A stretch of 64,000 nucleotides of DNA from Octopus sinensis (GCF_006345805.1 NC_043014.1:19282001-19346000); one strand, 5' to 3'. Counted from the first letter of the stretch, positions 38,319 to 52,884 are shown. The notes: generated by a model not told the origin, from the letters alone. A program made the numbers and translations.

Positions 38319-39329
38319 TCAAATATGACTTATGGTTGTCATTTTGAGAGAAAGTTGTGATCTAGGATCTGCAAGAGAGGGTTTCTTCCGAAGTCTTTGG
38401 AGAGGAAGCTTAAACATATTCACGAGCTCCTTACGGAAACTCCTGCCACTTATGATATAGATGAAAAAATTCAAAAAGCTGTTAGTATAGGAGAGATAAT
38501 GTATGAGACGATAAATTGGTTTTATAACATTGTTGATATACATACTAGTTCGGTCGGAAAACGTTAATATCATTCCTAATACAGCAAATGGGAATGTGAA
38601 GACGAAGAACATGATATTAATAGCTAGAACTAGTCGTATGATGTTATCATTTTGGCCCTGTCGGTTAGAATGGATGTTACCCTGAGATGCCAAAAATCGC
38701 TTTCTTTTTGACAGGTGCTTTATAATGATACTGACACACACAAATAAAATTGCACATGGAATGAACGAGTAGACGGTATTAAAGATAATGTACTTTGTTA
38801 GATGATACCACTTGGGCTCGTCATTGATACAATCACTTTTCTTAGTTCCATTTCTCGATAAAACTTCTGTGAAATTGTAATAAATTAAAGTTGGCATGTA
38901 AATTAGGGCCAGAACAGATGTAGTGATGAGAAGTATGACGATGTCTCGTAGCCACGTTCGACTTCGTGTGAAATCGCCACCCAGTGGAGATTTAATAGCA
39001 CGCGCACGTTGGATGGTTATTATTACAACGATCCATGAGGATAAGCTGAAAAATAATCTTTCAAAAAACGGCAAAGCTTTACAGAAGAATACAGAGCTTT
39101 TTCTCAAGGATAAGTTGTAGACACTCATTCGCCATTTGTCAATGAAAGAAAACAGTAAAATGCAAAAGTCACTTACTGCCAATGCAACCAAATAAAGGTT
39201 GATGCTTAAACGCCTCTGGGATTTGCGGCAAAGGATAATGATGCAGAAAAAATTAGCAACAAGACCAACAGGAAAGATGAAAAGGCCAAAATAATGAGCG
39301 AAATTTGAAACAAAAGGAGCTACCGACAT
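38319..39329 (-). CDS. Class A GPCR, uninterrupted ORF, 336 aa; paralogue (GPCR-2)
   Basis: TM1 AN, TM2 LAVSD, TM3 CKALPFFE...QRA, TM5 FIP, TM6 FFVFTFP, TM7 NSFLNFFIY, helix 8 FRKEL. Aligns by eye end to end with GPCR-3. Confidence 0.95.
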   Translation of the reverse strand: MSVAPFVSNFAHYFGLFIFPVGLVANFFCIIILCRKSQRRLSINLYLVALAVSDFCILLFSFIDKWRMSVYNLSLRKSSVFFCKALPFFERLFFSLSSWIVVIITIQRARAIKSPLGGDFTRSRTWLRDIVILLITTSVLALIYMPTLIYYNFTEVLSRNGTKKSDCINDEPKWYHLTKYIIFNTVYSFIPCAILFVCVSIIIKHLSKRKRFLASQGNIHSNRQGQNDNIIRLVLAINIMFFVFTFPFAVLGMILTFSDRTSMYINNVIKPIYRLIHYLSYTNSFLNFFIYIISGRSFRKELVNMFKLPLQRLRKKPSLADPRSQLSLKMTTISHI

Positions 39330-39550
39330 ATTGGAATGCAGGCTCTACTTATGATAAAATTAGAGGATGCTCTAAGTGGTCGATGGACACGATAAAAGTT
39401 TTCATCCGAACTACTTAATTCCAGCCGTTCTATAAAAACGAAGGATACGTTGGATAATGTGGTCTTAGGTTTACTCTATCATACAAAAAATACGATGATA
39501 ACAGTTGGAACACTGGTTAGTCAGATTGCCCTTGGTCTAAAGAACAAGTT

Positions 39551-39638
<88 letters not shown>
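39551..39638. repeat. (ACT)n microsatellite about 220 bp upstream of the GPCR-2 ATG
   Basis: Direct reading. Confidence 0.97.
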
Positions 39639-39639
<1 letters not shown>

Positions 39640-40563
39640 TCAATGACTCAAATATTAAGTTTCTGTATTTTCGAAAATACATCATTCTAGCTTCATTTGA
39701 ATACTTTTCACAACAATGTTAAAGCTATTTGCAACAGAAACGACGTTACGTAAGGTAGTTACTTCAAGTTATGTTAAACCAATATTTTAGAAGGAATGGA
39801 ATGCAGTCTTTTTACTCCTTGCGCTTATTTCAAGGACTTGCCCTCCGCCATACAATGTTAACTCCTTAACATTTCACACTCATCCACTTAAAGAGAAATG
39901 ATACAGAATATTGTAAATTTGTCTCGCATTCTTACCAAATGATGCCCCACACAATTCTACAATATTGGTTCTTCTCATAGAAAAAGTGTAATTTATTGAC
40001 AAAGAAGAAAACTAGGCTGGCTTAAACTTTGATAGGCAGAGATGCATTTGAAGTATATTTAATCATTGAATATAATGGATTTCCGAAAGAAAGGAAAATG
40101 ACGGTAGCATTGAGTGTAATATATTACCGATATTTGCTCATTTTCCCTATTTGGCAGAGAAGTATTTCAAATTAACCAGGAAACGATGTAAAACATTAAT
40201 TGACGAAGTTGAAACTAAATGTATGCTGATAGTTTTTTCTAACTTGTGGTTGACCAGTGTCTGCAGACGCTCGGCATACTTAAAATAGATTTCAATCTAT
40301 ATCAAATCACCCTTTAAAATTAAAAAAAATTGGCAATAATACACTTTAGTTGAAAACTAGAAAAAAAAATCATACCCCACAAAACATGGATTTATGATGA
40401 TTGACTTGTCACCACGTAGAAATGCAGATTAAGGCTAATTTGACACTATTCAACGAAAACAAAAACAATATCTTCACGCTTATATATATATACAAAATGG
40501 GACAAGAACGCAAAACATCCGGACAACTAAGTGATACAAAAAGGGACAACAGAATATCCAATA

Positions 40564-40599
<36 letters not shown>

Positions 40600-42242
40600 T
40601 GTATGTATGTATGTATGTATGTGTGTGTATGTGTGTATGTATGTATGTATTTATGTATGTATGTAAGTAATTACTTTACATATCAATCCTCTGTTCTCAT
40701 TAAGCTAAAGTAAGAACAATGATTAATTATGGCATATAGTAATAATCCTAAAATAAATCTGAGCCTCAGTCAAAAGTAAATAAAATCATAAATTAAAACG
40801 TTGTGCGAGAAAGCAGACGCGACCAGTTTCAATTTGCCTTGTTAATTTGTTTTTAAATTCAACTTCATTGAACATAGAGACGTAACTAAATATCTGAAAA
40901 ACTGTTCCCCATTGAACCGATCCTATCATTGACACTGTTACTCATATTACGAATAAATATCTTCCTTGACGTTATTTTAATTTCCGTATAACAGTCGCAA
41001 GAAATTTTTTTGAGAGCGGAGTAAGTAAATTGTGTTGGATATTTAGAGGAAGCCGTCAGCATCAAATCATCTCTTTCTGCTTGTACATCCGGATTCTGAA
41101 TGCAGCCACGAGCATCAAGGCAGGCGATACACTCCGAGACGACTTTCGACATGTTACGATACATATGGGCAGACACAGATATATTTCCATTCCAATTCTG
41201 AAATATTTCCCATCGAGCTTGTATGTTATTTCCTCTCCACTGGTCACAAGAGATAATAAATATACATCACCCATCCACTTAGGCAGTTTGGATTTCACAT
41301 TACGTTTATCATTTTCATGGATCTGTCATTGCTTCATATACAAATATATAATATATACATATAATTTCACTCTGTCCCTTGTAAAATTAAGTGTGTGTGT
41401 GTGATGATTGAGAGATTTGCAATTAAGTTTGTTCAAACGATAGCAAAATCAAATACAACAACGGCAAAACGAGAAATTTTAAATGGCAATTGGTTGTATA
41501 TGGAAAGCAAAATGTGCATGCATATGTATGTACATATTCTGATAAGATATACTGAGAGAGTCAGCTGATACGATTTTATGAAATCTGCTCACCAACCACA
41601 GCAATTTGTCACGTTGAAGAAAGCAAAGTTAGTAATGGGAAAAAAGTAACTCACAAATGTTTGTTATAGAAAATAAATGCAAGACAATATTTCAAGATTA
41701 AGGAAAAAGAAGCAGAATAGCAAAAATGTATTTTTGTATGTTTGTGATTTCTTGCTTTTCTTTTTCTATTCTTTTTCCAAAATAACATTTTTTTTTTAAA
41801 TGTAAAAGAATTACAAATCCTACTTGGATTTATAAATGATGTCCACCAAAATACCTGTTAATTACATTCAGAAAATGCGTATGTCGGTATTAACAAATGC
41901 TTCGTATGTCCAAAACGTCAAATGACTTCAGTGTTGCTACGTATACGATATCACGTGAGGTCTCGAACCAGTTAATTATATATCACACCAATCCATGGCT
42001 TCTAACATATATATATATATATTTTGAATATAAACCACATATATATATACATATATAAATATATATACACATATATATATATGTATAAATATCTATATAT
42101 CTATATCTATATCTATATGTATATATATATATAAATATATATAAATGTGTGTGTATGTATGTATATGTATATATGTATATGAATATATGTGTGTATATAT
42201 GTATATATAAATCTGCATATATAGGTATGTATATAAATATGC

Positions 42243-42275
<33 letters not shown>

Positions 42276-43843
42276 ACCACACATATGCACACATATATGT
42301 ATATGCATATATATATTCATGCACACATGTGTGGGGAGTGATTAGAGTATTAGAGAAAAAAAGGCGGAATGTGGGAGAGGGAGAACATTGTCAATTGATT
42401 CCTTATTATCGATCTATTGCTATTCTAACAGGCATGTTTTCTAGAACAGCCCGCAAACCGTTACAAAGACAAGCATTTCGTTGTTGCATACGCCCATTTC
42501 CTCATGTTTCGTTTTATTATCTATCTAAAAAAATAATTCCCTTTATTGTAATTGCAGCATCGTTTTATTGAGTAATTATGCATATTAATGACAGCAATAA
42601 CAAAGATCACAACAACAACAACAATAATAATAATGTGAAGACAAATAGTTATTATTGAACCAGATATTAAAACAAACGTCAATATATATACAGATTTTCC
42701 TTTCAAAATTATTCAGTATAATTTACATTATCGACGAAATAACAAAAATTAAAACGATTATCAAAGGCTCGTAAAAGCCAAAATGGTTAAGAACAGATAT
42801 TCATAAATGACGTTAAATAACTAGAAAACAAACAAAAAAAAAACAAGAAAGAATAAAATGAGTTAGCTAAAGTACATACATATATATATACTGTATATAC
42901 ATATAACTTTGTCACGTAGTATATACTGAATCTCCAGTATTTTGCTCCTTTTATATATTTTTATATTTCTACATATATATATGTATATATATATGTGTAT
43001 ATATATACTGTATATGTGTGTGCGCGCGTGTGTGTGTATGTATATATGTATATATATATGTGTATATATACTGTATATGTGTGTGCGCGCGTGTGTGTGT
43101 ATGTATGTATATGTATATATGTATGTATGTGTGTATGTATGTATGTATGCATGTACACACACACTCACACACAGATGCATTCATATACATAGATATATAA
43201 ACACATCTAAATACATTTCGGTGGCTATACTTGACATAGTAACGACAGAAACTATATAATTATGAATCTCAAGAAAACGAATGAAAAGCCATTTTACAGA
43301 TAGAGGAGTGTGAATATTATAGGAAATCTATGTTATGCACATGAGAATCTCTATGCATTATTCGTAAATTGTGAAGAAACAGTACATTACTTCCGGTTTT
43401 GTTCCGATAACAATAAATCCCTTTTTATCTATTTTTAAGTTTGTTTTTTAATGCTTTTAAGTTTGTTTTTTTTATATTTTTAAAATCTTGTTTATTCCAT
43501 AAAAATTAATAGCGGAAGTGGGATAGTTTGTCACATGTCATTAATAGTGTTACCAGAAGTGGGATCGTTTTCACCTTTGCTTTGTTTTTCTCTATGTCTC
43601 CTTCTACCTGTCTATCTGTCTCTCACCCTCTCTCTCTCTACTCTCTCTCATTCCCTCTCCCTCTTTCTCTCCCTCGCTCTCTCTCTCTCTCTCATAGCTT
43701 TTTTCTGTATCATCTAGCAACCTACCTATACAAGTTAAGTTACAATTAACGCATCTCACGTAACAGTTAAGTTCCCATTAAACTAGTTCAATTTACACAG
43801 GTAAACATTAAAGATATCGTTCTAAATAAATTATTTCTTTACT

Positions 43844-43990
43844 ACCCACAGGGGCCTAAACATAGAGGGGACACACAAGGACAGACAAAGTGATTAAGTC
43901 GATTTCATCGACCCTAGTGCGTAACTGGTACTTATTTAATCGACCACGAAAGGCAAAGTCGATCTCGGCGGATTTTGAACTTAGAACGTG
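43844..43990 (-). mobile_element. SINE family A, 5'-truncated
   Basis: tacccacaggggcctaaacatagagggg...gtcgatctcggcggattttgaac. Confidence 0.85.
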
Positions 43991-44264
43991 ATCACATATA
44001 GATGCAAATCTAGAAAGACTGTTGTATTGGACGGTAAGATGGTGAAATGAAGTTTTCTGAGTAAATAGGATTTAAATTAGAGTATATCCAGAAACTCCGA
44101 ACCCGATTTGGTTGTGGTTTATATTGTGTATGAATGTTGTTGGTGTGAACAAGCAAATACTCAGATTCGATTTTTATTGAAATAATCTCAAATTCACTTT
44201 AAATCTGATATTCGTATCACAAAATCCAAGGCCATCTGCATCAATATGTAAGATAATAATAATC

Positions 44265-44465
44265 TCAAATTTGGCACAGGGCCAGTATGTTTTGAGGAGC
44301 GGGTCAAGTCGATAAGTCGGCTCCAATTACTTGAATGGTACTTATTTTAACGACCCTGCAAGGATGAAAGGCATCGCGGCAATTTGAACTCAGAACGTAA
44401 AAACGGACGAAATTCCGCTAAGCATTTTAACCAGTGTGCTAACGGTTCTACCAGCTCACTGCTTT
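44265..44465 (-). mobile_element. SINE family A
   Basis: tttgaactcagaacgtaaaaacggacgaaattccgctaagcattt...ccagctc. Confidence 0.8.
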
Positions 44466-45363
44466 AACCATGTAAGATAATAATGAGAGATCATGTGTAG
44501 TGGGGGAAGAGTCTGATTCCTTGAAAAGGTTATGAGGCTCTTTATGCCATTACCATGTCATGAACAGCATAAATATTGCAGCATCCACTTAGGCTTGTTT
44601 CTGCTTGTATAGTAAATCCATGTTTGCATGTACGTTACTCTTCACACATCTTTAATATTGAAATCCTTACACGTTGCGCTTCTAGAATTCATTGAATAAA
44701 ACGATGTTAACATTGTGAACTTCGGAGGCAGCTCAAAGTTAAACTAGTGAGAGCCGACATGTCTATGTGATCAACAAGTTTGCATCAAGCCCAAAAAATA
44801 AAGAAACAAAAAATTCAGACTAAACAAACATGCAAAATAGAGCATGACTTTGGATTTGATTCAACCGGCATGACCTCTAGCGAATGTGATTACTACAATA
44901 TAACCAAGTAGGCAAATAAGGCTAGGAGTAGCATACGGTAGACAGAAAGCCTGCCGAGTATATCATTTGGAGTTGTTATCGGTTGTTTAACAATATATTT
45001 TACGATTTTAGCTGGTCTCTAAGAACATTTTAAACTCCAGACAGGAATGCTAATGTGAGAAACACATTATATTATGTGACTGTTTCCGTATTTCATTTTG
45101 CTCCTGCGACTTCGAAACTATGACTTCTCGTAATACATTTTACATGCATTTTCCACAATACTCAGTGTTTTCGATATCATATAACCAGTATCATAAATTA
45201 ATGCTGTTGCTGAAGATTGATATCCGGCATTAATATACGGCAAGAATACAGCAACATACAGGTAGAATTATAAATATATAAAGCAGGTGAAGATCTACAT
45301 AGCGGCGTACACTTACCGGCTGCTATTTCTAGCAATGATCGTGCTTCGTGTACACCTGCTCTA

Positions 45364-45429
<66 letters not shown>

Positions 45430-45431
<2 letters not shown>

Positions 45432-45611
45432 TGTGTGTGTGTGTGTGTGAGTACCTATCTATCTATTTGTCTGTCTGTCTTCTCTGTCTCTCTCTCTGAC
45501 TCCCTCCCTCTCTCTCTCTATATATATATATGTGGTGTGTGTGTGTGTGTGTGAGTACCTATCTATCTATTTGTCTGTCTGTCTTCTCTGTCTCTCTCTC
45601 TGACTCCCTCC

Positions 45612-45643
<32 letters not shown>

Positions 45644-45662
45644 GTGGTGTGTGTGTGTGTGT
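45430..45662. repeat. Tandem duplication of an ~120-bp compound simple-sequence unit
   Basis: gagtacctatctatctatttgtctgtctgtcttctctgtctctctctctgactccctccc appears twice. Confidence 0.9.
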
Positions 45663-46355
45663 GTAATTTAAATACAAGGTAGTATTAGTTACATGGCTCT
45701 GATGATACAATGGTCGAACATGCTTGTGTAGCGTGCCGTATATTTTCAGACACAAAATTCAACATGGCTGCTTTTTTGCAAAAAAAAGGGAGAAAGCACG
45801 AGAAAGAGCGAGAGAAAAAGTAAAAGAAAGAAGTGGAGCTAGAAGAAAAAAGAAAATGGAAATGTAAGCATTTGGATAATAGTTTATTACTCAAATAGCC
45901 TCTCCGGCAGGACCGGATTTAAACCATGGGAACCCAGGGCATTTCAAGTTCAGTGGGCATCTTATACTCAAGAATTAAAATTTTTAGAAAATTACCAAAT
46001 TTTAATCTCAAAACCCATCTATTTCAAATAATTTAATTTGATGAATTGGCAGAGAAAGAGGAAATAAATGAATGAAAATATCGCTTTATGAATACACTTT
46101 TTCAAAAGTCCAGTTTCGGTTTTCACACATCGACTTCCGGTGTTTGACTTTCCCTTCATAGTGAAAAGTGCAATGAAGGAGGGAAGAGTTGGGTAGGGTT
46201 TTTTCTTTCGTTTAATGTGAGTTACATATGCTATAGAATGTAGAATAAGATAAAATGACAGAAAACTACGAAAAAGAAAAGAAATCATTGTTGCGGTTGT
46301 TGCTGTTCCAAATGCATGATCAGTGTGGATGTGTATGTGTGAATGTGTGTGTGAG

Positions 46356-46387
<32 letters not shown>

Positions 46388-48149
46388 CGGAGAGAGAGAG
46401 GGAGTAGAGATACCAACATTTAAATGACATGGATTTTAAAAGTTTTTTTTCCTTTAAAATGGCTTCCCTTCAATGTTTTGCAATGCGTGAGAACAAAATA
46501 ATCGGGGGGAAATGCCGACAAAAACGAAAAAATTCAAATAGTTATTTCCCAAAAGCCTGATTTTCCAGTTTCCAGGAAGCGTAGGTGAAGTGCAATGAGT
46601 ATTATTTACAGCATTTTTGACTTCGAAGAAAACATGTTTCACAAATGTTCACTACTTTTCCAAAACTATATCAGCGAAGTAAAGACCATCTCTAAACGCA
46701 GTAAAATCTATAACATATTCAGAGCACTATTTCAGTAAATTATCACTGTTCTCTTTAGGTATGTAAATGACAAATTTTGACGGGGCAGATTTAGATGTGT
46801 AAGACAGAACAAGGTAAATATGCCCTGCCAGTTCTCCAGAATTAAATTTGAAAAAAGGTGTCATCCTTAGACATCAGCAATGCAACAAAATTTAAACTAT
46901 ATTGGTGAAATGAAAAAAGTATAATGGAAAAATAGCACATAATATGAATTTAATGAAAGTCAACTAAATTTAAAAACTTAACATAAAATATTCTTTATAG
47001 GTACTTTACTATAGCTTCTTCACCAAAAGTTATCGAAATATTTTATTAGATACCGCAACTACAATCGAGTCAAATTTGAGGACAAATATTTTGAAAACAG
47101 TACCTGCCATTCAACAACGACTATGTAAACTATACTGACCAATTCTTACTCTCAAATACGTAACCTATACTGACCAAATTTTACTCACAAAGATGATGAA
47201 ATGGTGCAAAATGAGGGAAAATAGCAGAAAATCAGAAATTATTCATTACCAATTTTGCCCCGCTTCCATATAATAATTCCAAGTGTTTGACAGAATGACA
47301 AAAACTATATGAGAAATTAAGAAAGTAAAAACGTTCGATTTAATGAAGCATTTGAATATATATGCAATAATTCTAAAACTGAAAAAGAATGCTTTTAGCT
47401 GTTGAGAGATGTGATTAGATAATTAAAATCACATCTGTACTTACTTGCTTCATAAATAAGACCAGTTTTCAAAGCCTCACTGAAATAGGTGTAGAAGTAG
47501 AAATATGTGTGTATGTGTTATCGACCTCACGTGCACGTGCGCAAATATGTGCTCTTTTATTCTTTTATACACTTCAGCCCAAAGATTGAGATCATACTAG
47601 ACCAACGCCATATATTTACTGTATTTGTCTTTATTTCTAAGGGTAAGAATATGTGATATCGTTTCGAAAATTGAAATGTAGATCCTACGAAGTTTGATAA
47701 TGCTGTTTATTTATTTATTTAATCATTTATTTAGTTATTTGTTCATTTGTCTGATAACAAATGGACGGTGATTTAAATTTTTGTTTTTGGATTGGCCTTT
47801 CATATTCCACCAGAGAAATTTAGAAAGTGTTTATTACCAGGCGCTGAAACTGTAGATTCTTAGACTGGTGTCTCAGCATTAAATTATTATTTTGGAAAGC
47901 ATAATACATTATATTTACAGGTACCGTGTTCTAGGCTGCCTCTTAACTGAGTATTCATATTGTAGTTAGATTAATTAATAGGTAGATTGTGACGACTTAC
48001 ACCACCGAAATACTTTCCAAATAGCATATGTATCTATAGGAAATATTTAGGTTTACGCGTTGTCTTTCAGGTAAATACATCTGGATGATATTTAAAGAAG
48101 TCTGAGCTACGTCCAGTGTTGTATATTCATATATATGTATGTGTGAGTG

Positions 48150-48640
48150 TGGAGACGCAATGACCCAGTGGTTAGGGCAGCGGACTCGCGATCGTAGGAT
48201 CGCGGTTTCGATTCCCAGACCGGGCATTGTGAGTGTTTATTGAGCGAAAACACCTAAAGCTCCATGAGGCTCCTGTAGTGAGTGGTGGGGAACCCTGATG
48301 TACCCTTTCACCACAACTTTTTGTCACTCTTTCTTCCTGTTTCTGTTGTACTTGTATTTCAAAGAGCCAGCCTTGTCACGCTCTGTATCACGCCGAATCT
48401 CCCCGAAAACTACGTTAAGAGTACACGTGTCTGTGGAGTGCACATTAATAAATGAGCTGCGACGTCACAGGTGCCAAGCTGTATCGGCCTTTGCCTTTCT
48501 CTTGGATAACATTGGTGGCGTGGAGAGGGGAGGCTGGTATGCGTGGGCGACTGCTGGTCTTCCATAAACAACCTTGCCCAGACTTGTGCCTCAGGGGGTA
48601 ACTTTCTAGGTGCAATCCCATGGTCATTCATGACCAAAGG
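48150..48640 (+). mobile_element. tRNA-derived SINE family C with a distinct 3' tail
   Basis: Head ggagacgcaatgacccagtggttagggcagcggactcgcg...ggtttcgattccc (A and B boxes); body matches 55082-55370, tail differs. Confidence 0.85.
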
Positions 48641-49039
48641 GAATCACAACAATGTGTGTGTGAGTGGTTTAGCGTGCATGTATACGTATTTAACTATATA
48701 GAGTAAGATATGCATATATAGAGTAAGATATGCATACATACAGGTATGATTTGATTCTCTGGCAGAAACATTTCTAATAGGAAATGTCGTAGATATTGCT
48801 AATACTTGTGAAAATTTTCCATGGGGAATAAATAATACCAAACATTTTCCCAATCTCTTATTTTCATATATAATCACGATGCCAAAAGTATTTCCCAGAA
48901 TGTTTAAGCATTTTACATATCTCAAACAAATATAACATCTACATACAATTTTAGAATACTGGAATAAGCAAAAGTGCTTCAAGAAGACACAGCTTGAATT
49001 TCAGCCCTATCTGCTTAAATAATATATATATATATATGC

Positions 49040-49080
<41 letters not shown>

Positions 49081-49083
49081 CAC

Positions 49084-49124
<41 letters not shown>

Positions 49125-49141
49125 AACACACACACATATGC

Positions 49142-49180
<39 letters not shown>

Positions 49181-49392
49181 TATATACATACATACATATA
49201 TACATATTCATATTGTATTTTGGCTTCATCAAACATACACACGTTTCGGTAAATCAAATGGCAGAATTGCACAAGCAATTAGTGAAATTACATTACCTTT
49301 TTGCCAAAACAATGGCAACCACTACAGTATTTTGGCCTAAAATATATGTCGCACTCAACAGCATATACTCTGTCTGTTTGTCTGTATACACA

Positions 49393-49443
<51 letters not shown>

Positions 49444-49938
49444 ACACACACATGCAAATGTATATACATATATACATATATTTCAGACAATAACACGCAA
49501 TGTCCGTCACGGTGGTCCTGTTGATAAGGAAAGATTAAAACAACATATGGTGTGGGCGTGAATGACTGTCAGAGACACTAAATGTAGGCAAGCTGTAGTG
49601 AGCTGTCGGCTGCCGGTATTTTAATCAGAATGAAACTAAATTTTTATCTTAAATTATATTTATCAATTTCTCTCATACACACAGAGCCACACACCTTACG
49701 ATGAACTGTGGTTTTTCACATTTGTGAAACTTGTAAAGGAAAGTAAAACGACAAAGGGATTGTAGTGAGTGGGGGAAATGGCAAGTAAAAAAAAAAGAAC
49801 ATAGAGAGTAAGCGATTGAGTGACATATCTACGGCTGAAGCAGCAAGAATTTTGATGAAAATAAAACAGTTAATTTTTGTCGTTTGCAAATAAATAAACA
49901 AAAATTTGAAAGCAAAATATGGTAAGTCATGATGGATT

Positions 49939-50003
<65 letters not shown>

Positions 50004-50618
50004 AAGGCACACAAACTTACAGATGCACACAAACGGTATAACTTACTTCTGATAGCGTCAAACAACTAAGAATAAAATTTTAACACAATAATTCATATAA
50101 ACTTTTTCTGCTTTTCTTCTTGTGTATGCTCTTATTTATTTCCATAAATTAGGTAATTGCTTGGCAAAAACTATAAAATGAATAGAAAAAGAATTCCCTT
50201 TAAAGGATATATCACTTATTCAATGAAATGAGAAGACATTCGAACACATCAGACCGCTATCACTCCTAATATCAAAACATGTTGCCTGCCGTTGTAGAAA
50301 AACATTGCTTCAGGCAAAAGTAAGGAAGTACATAAATATTTAATTGTATATATTTAATTTAACACACGCACAAACGCACGCACATATATCTTCTTACACA
50401 TGATAAAACGCATTATGTGTCCTGGATTTTGGCTACATGGACACTCTACTTTGCATTTCTGATTATCAGATTACTATGTGAAGAGTTAGCTGCCAGCCAT
50501 AGTGGGATGTTTCGTGATAGCCACTGAATATTTTATATATATGTATATGTATGTATGTATGTATGTATGTTGTATGTATGTATGTATGTATGTATGTATG
50601 TATGTATGTATGTATGTA

Positions 50619-50656
<38 letters not shown>

Positions 50657-50770
50657 CATATGTGTGTATGTAAATATATACATTTATATATATACACACA
50701 TACACATATACTCATACATATATATGTGTGTGTATATGTATATACATATACGCATATATATGCATATATA

Positions 50771-50801
<31 letters not shown>

Positions 50802-51167
50802 CAATACATAGCTTTGCTGATAGTGGTTGAATAATCAATATCGGCTTGATAAAGTCTCTTTGATAGAATCATGCCTAAGTATTAATTCGTTATTGTTTTG
50901 CTTCATTCAAATACTTATTCGCATCCTGTCCCATTATTTTCTCCCCTTATCAAAGTGGCTTTGCCTCTTCTAACATTTCCTTTCAATGCCCTTTAGAGAT
51001 TCCAATCTATAAACTTCAAATACTTATTAGCAACAATTGTTTATAAACCTAACGTTGTTATCGTATTACAAACATGTCATGGGGTTCTAGAATTAAACCT
51101 CAAATTACATTCATCATGGTTTGGTTTTAACAATATTATTGTTTTTTCGATAAAATCATTTATAATA

Positions 51168-51600
51168 AGGCGCCGAGCTGGCAGAAACGTTAGCACGCCG
51201 GGCGAAATGCTTAGCGGTATTTCGTATGTCTTTACGTTCTGAGTTCTAATTCCGCCGCAATCGACTTTGGTTTTCATCCTTTCGGGGCCGATAAATTAAG
51301 TACCAGTTACGCACTGGGGTCGATGTAATCGACTTAATCCCTTTGTCTGTCCTTGTTTGTCCCCTCTATGTTTAGAGTAGAAGTAAATAAAGAAGTAAAG
51401 AACGTTCGCATGCCGGGCGAAATGCTTAGTGGTATATCGTCTGTCTTTATGTTCTGTGTTCAAATTCTGCCGATGTTGACTCTGCCTTTCAGACTTTCGG
51501 GGTCGATAAATTAAGTACCAGTTGCGTACTAGGATCTATCTAATCGACTGCCCCACCCACCTCCCAAAATTTCGGGGTTTGTGCCTAGAGTAGAAAAGTA
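51168..51600 (+). mobile_element. Two SINE family A units in tandem
   Basis: aaggcgccgagctggcagaaacgttagcacgccgggcgaaatgc... then a second unit from about 51400. Confidence 0.9.
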
Positions 51601-52884
51601 TAACGTTAAGATATTAGGATGTAGGAAAAATGCATTCGTAGCTCTTAGTATTATTTGGTTTTGACCCAACTTGAAATTTGAAAACCCATACTTCATCTGC
51701 GAAAGAGTGACTGAAGGTGATAAAAATGCAGACTAGTCAAGCATTTCATTTGATCGTATCGACTACTATAACCTTTCTCACAAAATACGAATCTTTGTGA
51801 ATGTTAGAAATAAGTAGTTTAATTAGGCCTATGGATAATAGAATTGATAGAATATTGAACGTAATACAATGCATTCAGTTCTAATCTAGCCCAAATGAAC
51901 TTTCTATAAACCTGTTGAAATTACCAATTTCATCGCCTATCCAACATTTATCAATGACCGAGGTCTTATGCCTGTATTAGAAGTGACTTTTTATTGAAAC
52001 ATCAGTGAATAACAATAGTATCATAATAGCAGAATTAGTAACAGCTTTACTATCTGGGTTCAAACTTAACTACGTTTTGACAGTAAATCCCACCCTTATT
52101 TCTGCTTTCACTATTAAAATACTGGTATTTAGCTAGTACCGAAGCACCTGTAAAAGACCAATGAAATATCAGTCTTTTACTTGTAAACTTTGGGACCTGA
52201 AATATACCAGCAAATTACCAGATTTACTGGCACTTCGGTGAATGAAATACCTGGAAAATACTGACTTCGTTGGTGTCATCTTCGATGTTTGCAGTCTTGG
52301 ATCTCTATGAGAAATTAGTTTAGTTTATGTGACGAACAACTGTTTTGTAATATTGTTATGTTTATGCACTCAAGTATCATTCACCTTTGTAAAAGAAGAG
52401 CAATCGCATAAAACTGGAATAGAGACATTGATACGATACGATACAGAATCACAAAATGTAATTTCGTGAAATATTAAGTATTAGGACGTAACCTGATGCT
52501 TGTCCCTAATTAGCATCCCTGCCAACTTGTAATGAATGGAAACATATGAATTATGAATTCAGAGAAATTATCTGAGATATGAAACTACAATGCAAAGCAG
52601 GTTTATTGTAATAATACTGATTTGAGCAGGTTTATTACAGTATAGACAATATAACATTGTATCAACCCAAAGTTTTTAATTGCTGTCTATAATATATAAT
52701 AAATATGTATTATTTATTGCTTCTTTCTACGAAAAATAGCGTCGTAGTGATTACTGGATATTGACGGTGAAAGTAATAATTAATTGTCTGTGCAATATGA
52801 ACCAAAATATGCCTCTGGAGTTCTCATTCGAAAAAACAGGTTTATCGGGTTTTATTACCTATGTTTAGATCTATGACCGAAGTA

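Noticed and set aside
45695-45735. CTGATGA followed by GAAC
   Set aside because: Incomplete GAAA, no convincing stem II or III; probably chance.
48760-48982. Minus-strand ILGNTFGIVII...VLAIST as a fourth GPCR pseudogene
   Set aside because: TM1-TM2 spacing is wrong (34 versus 28 residues), there is no D2.50, and no downstream TM3-TM7 remnants.
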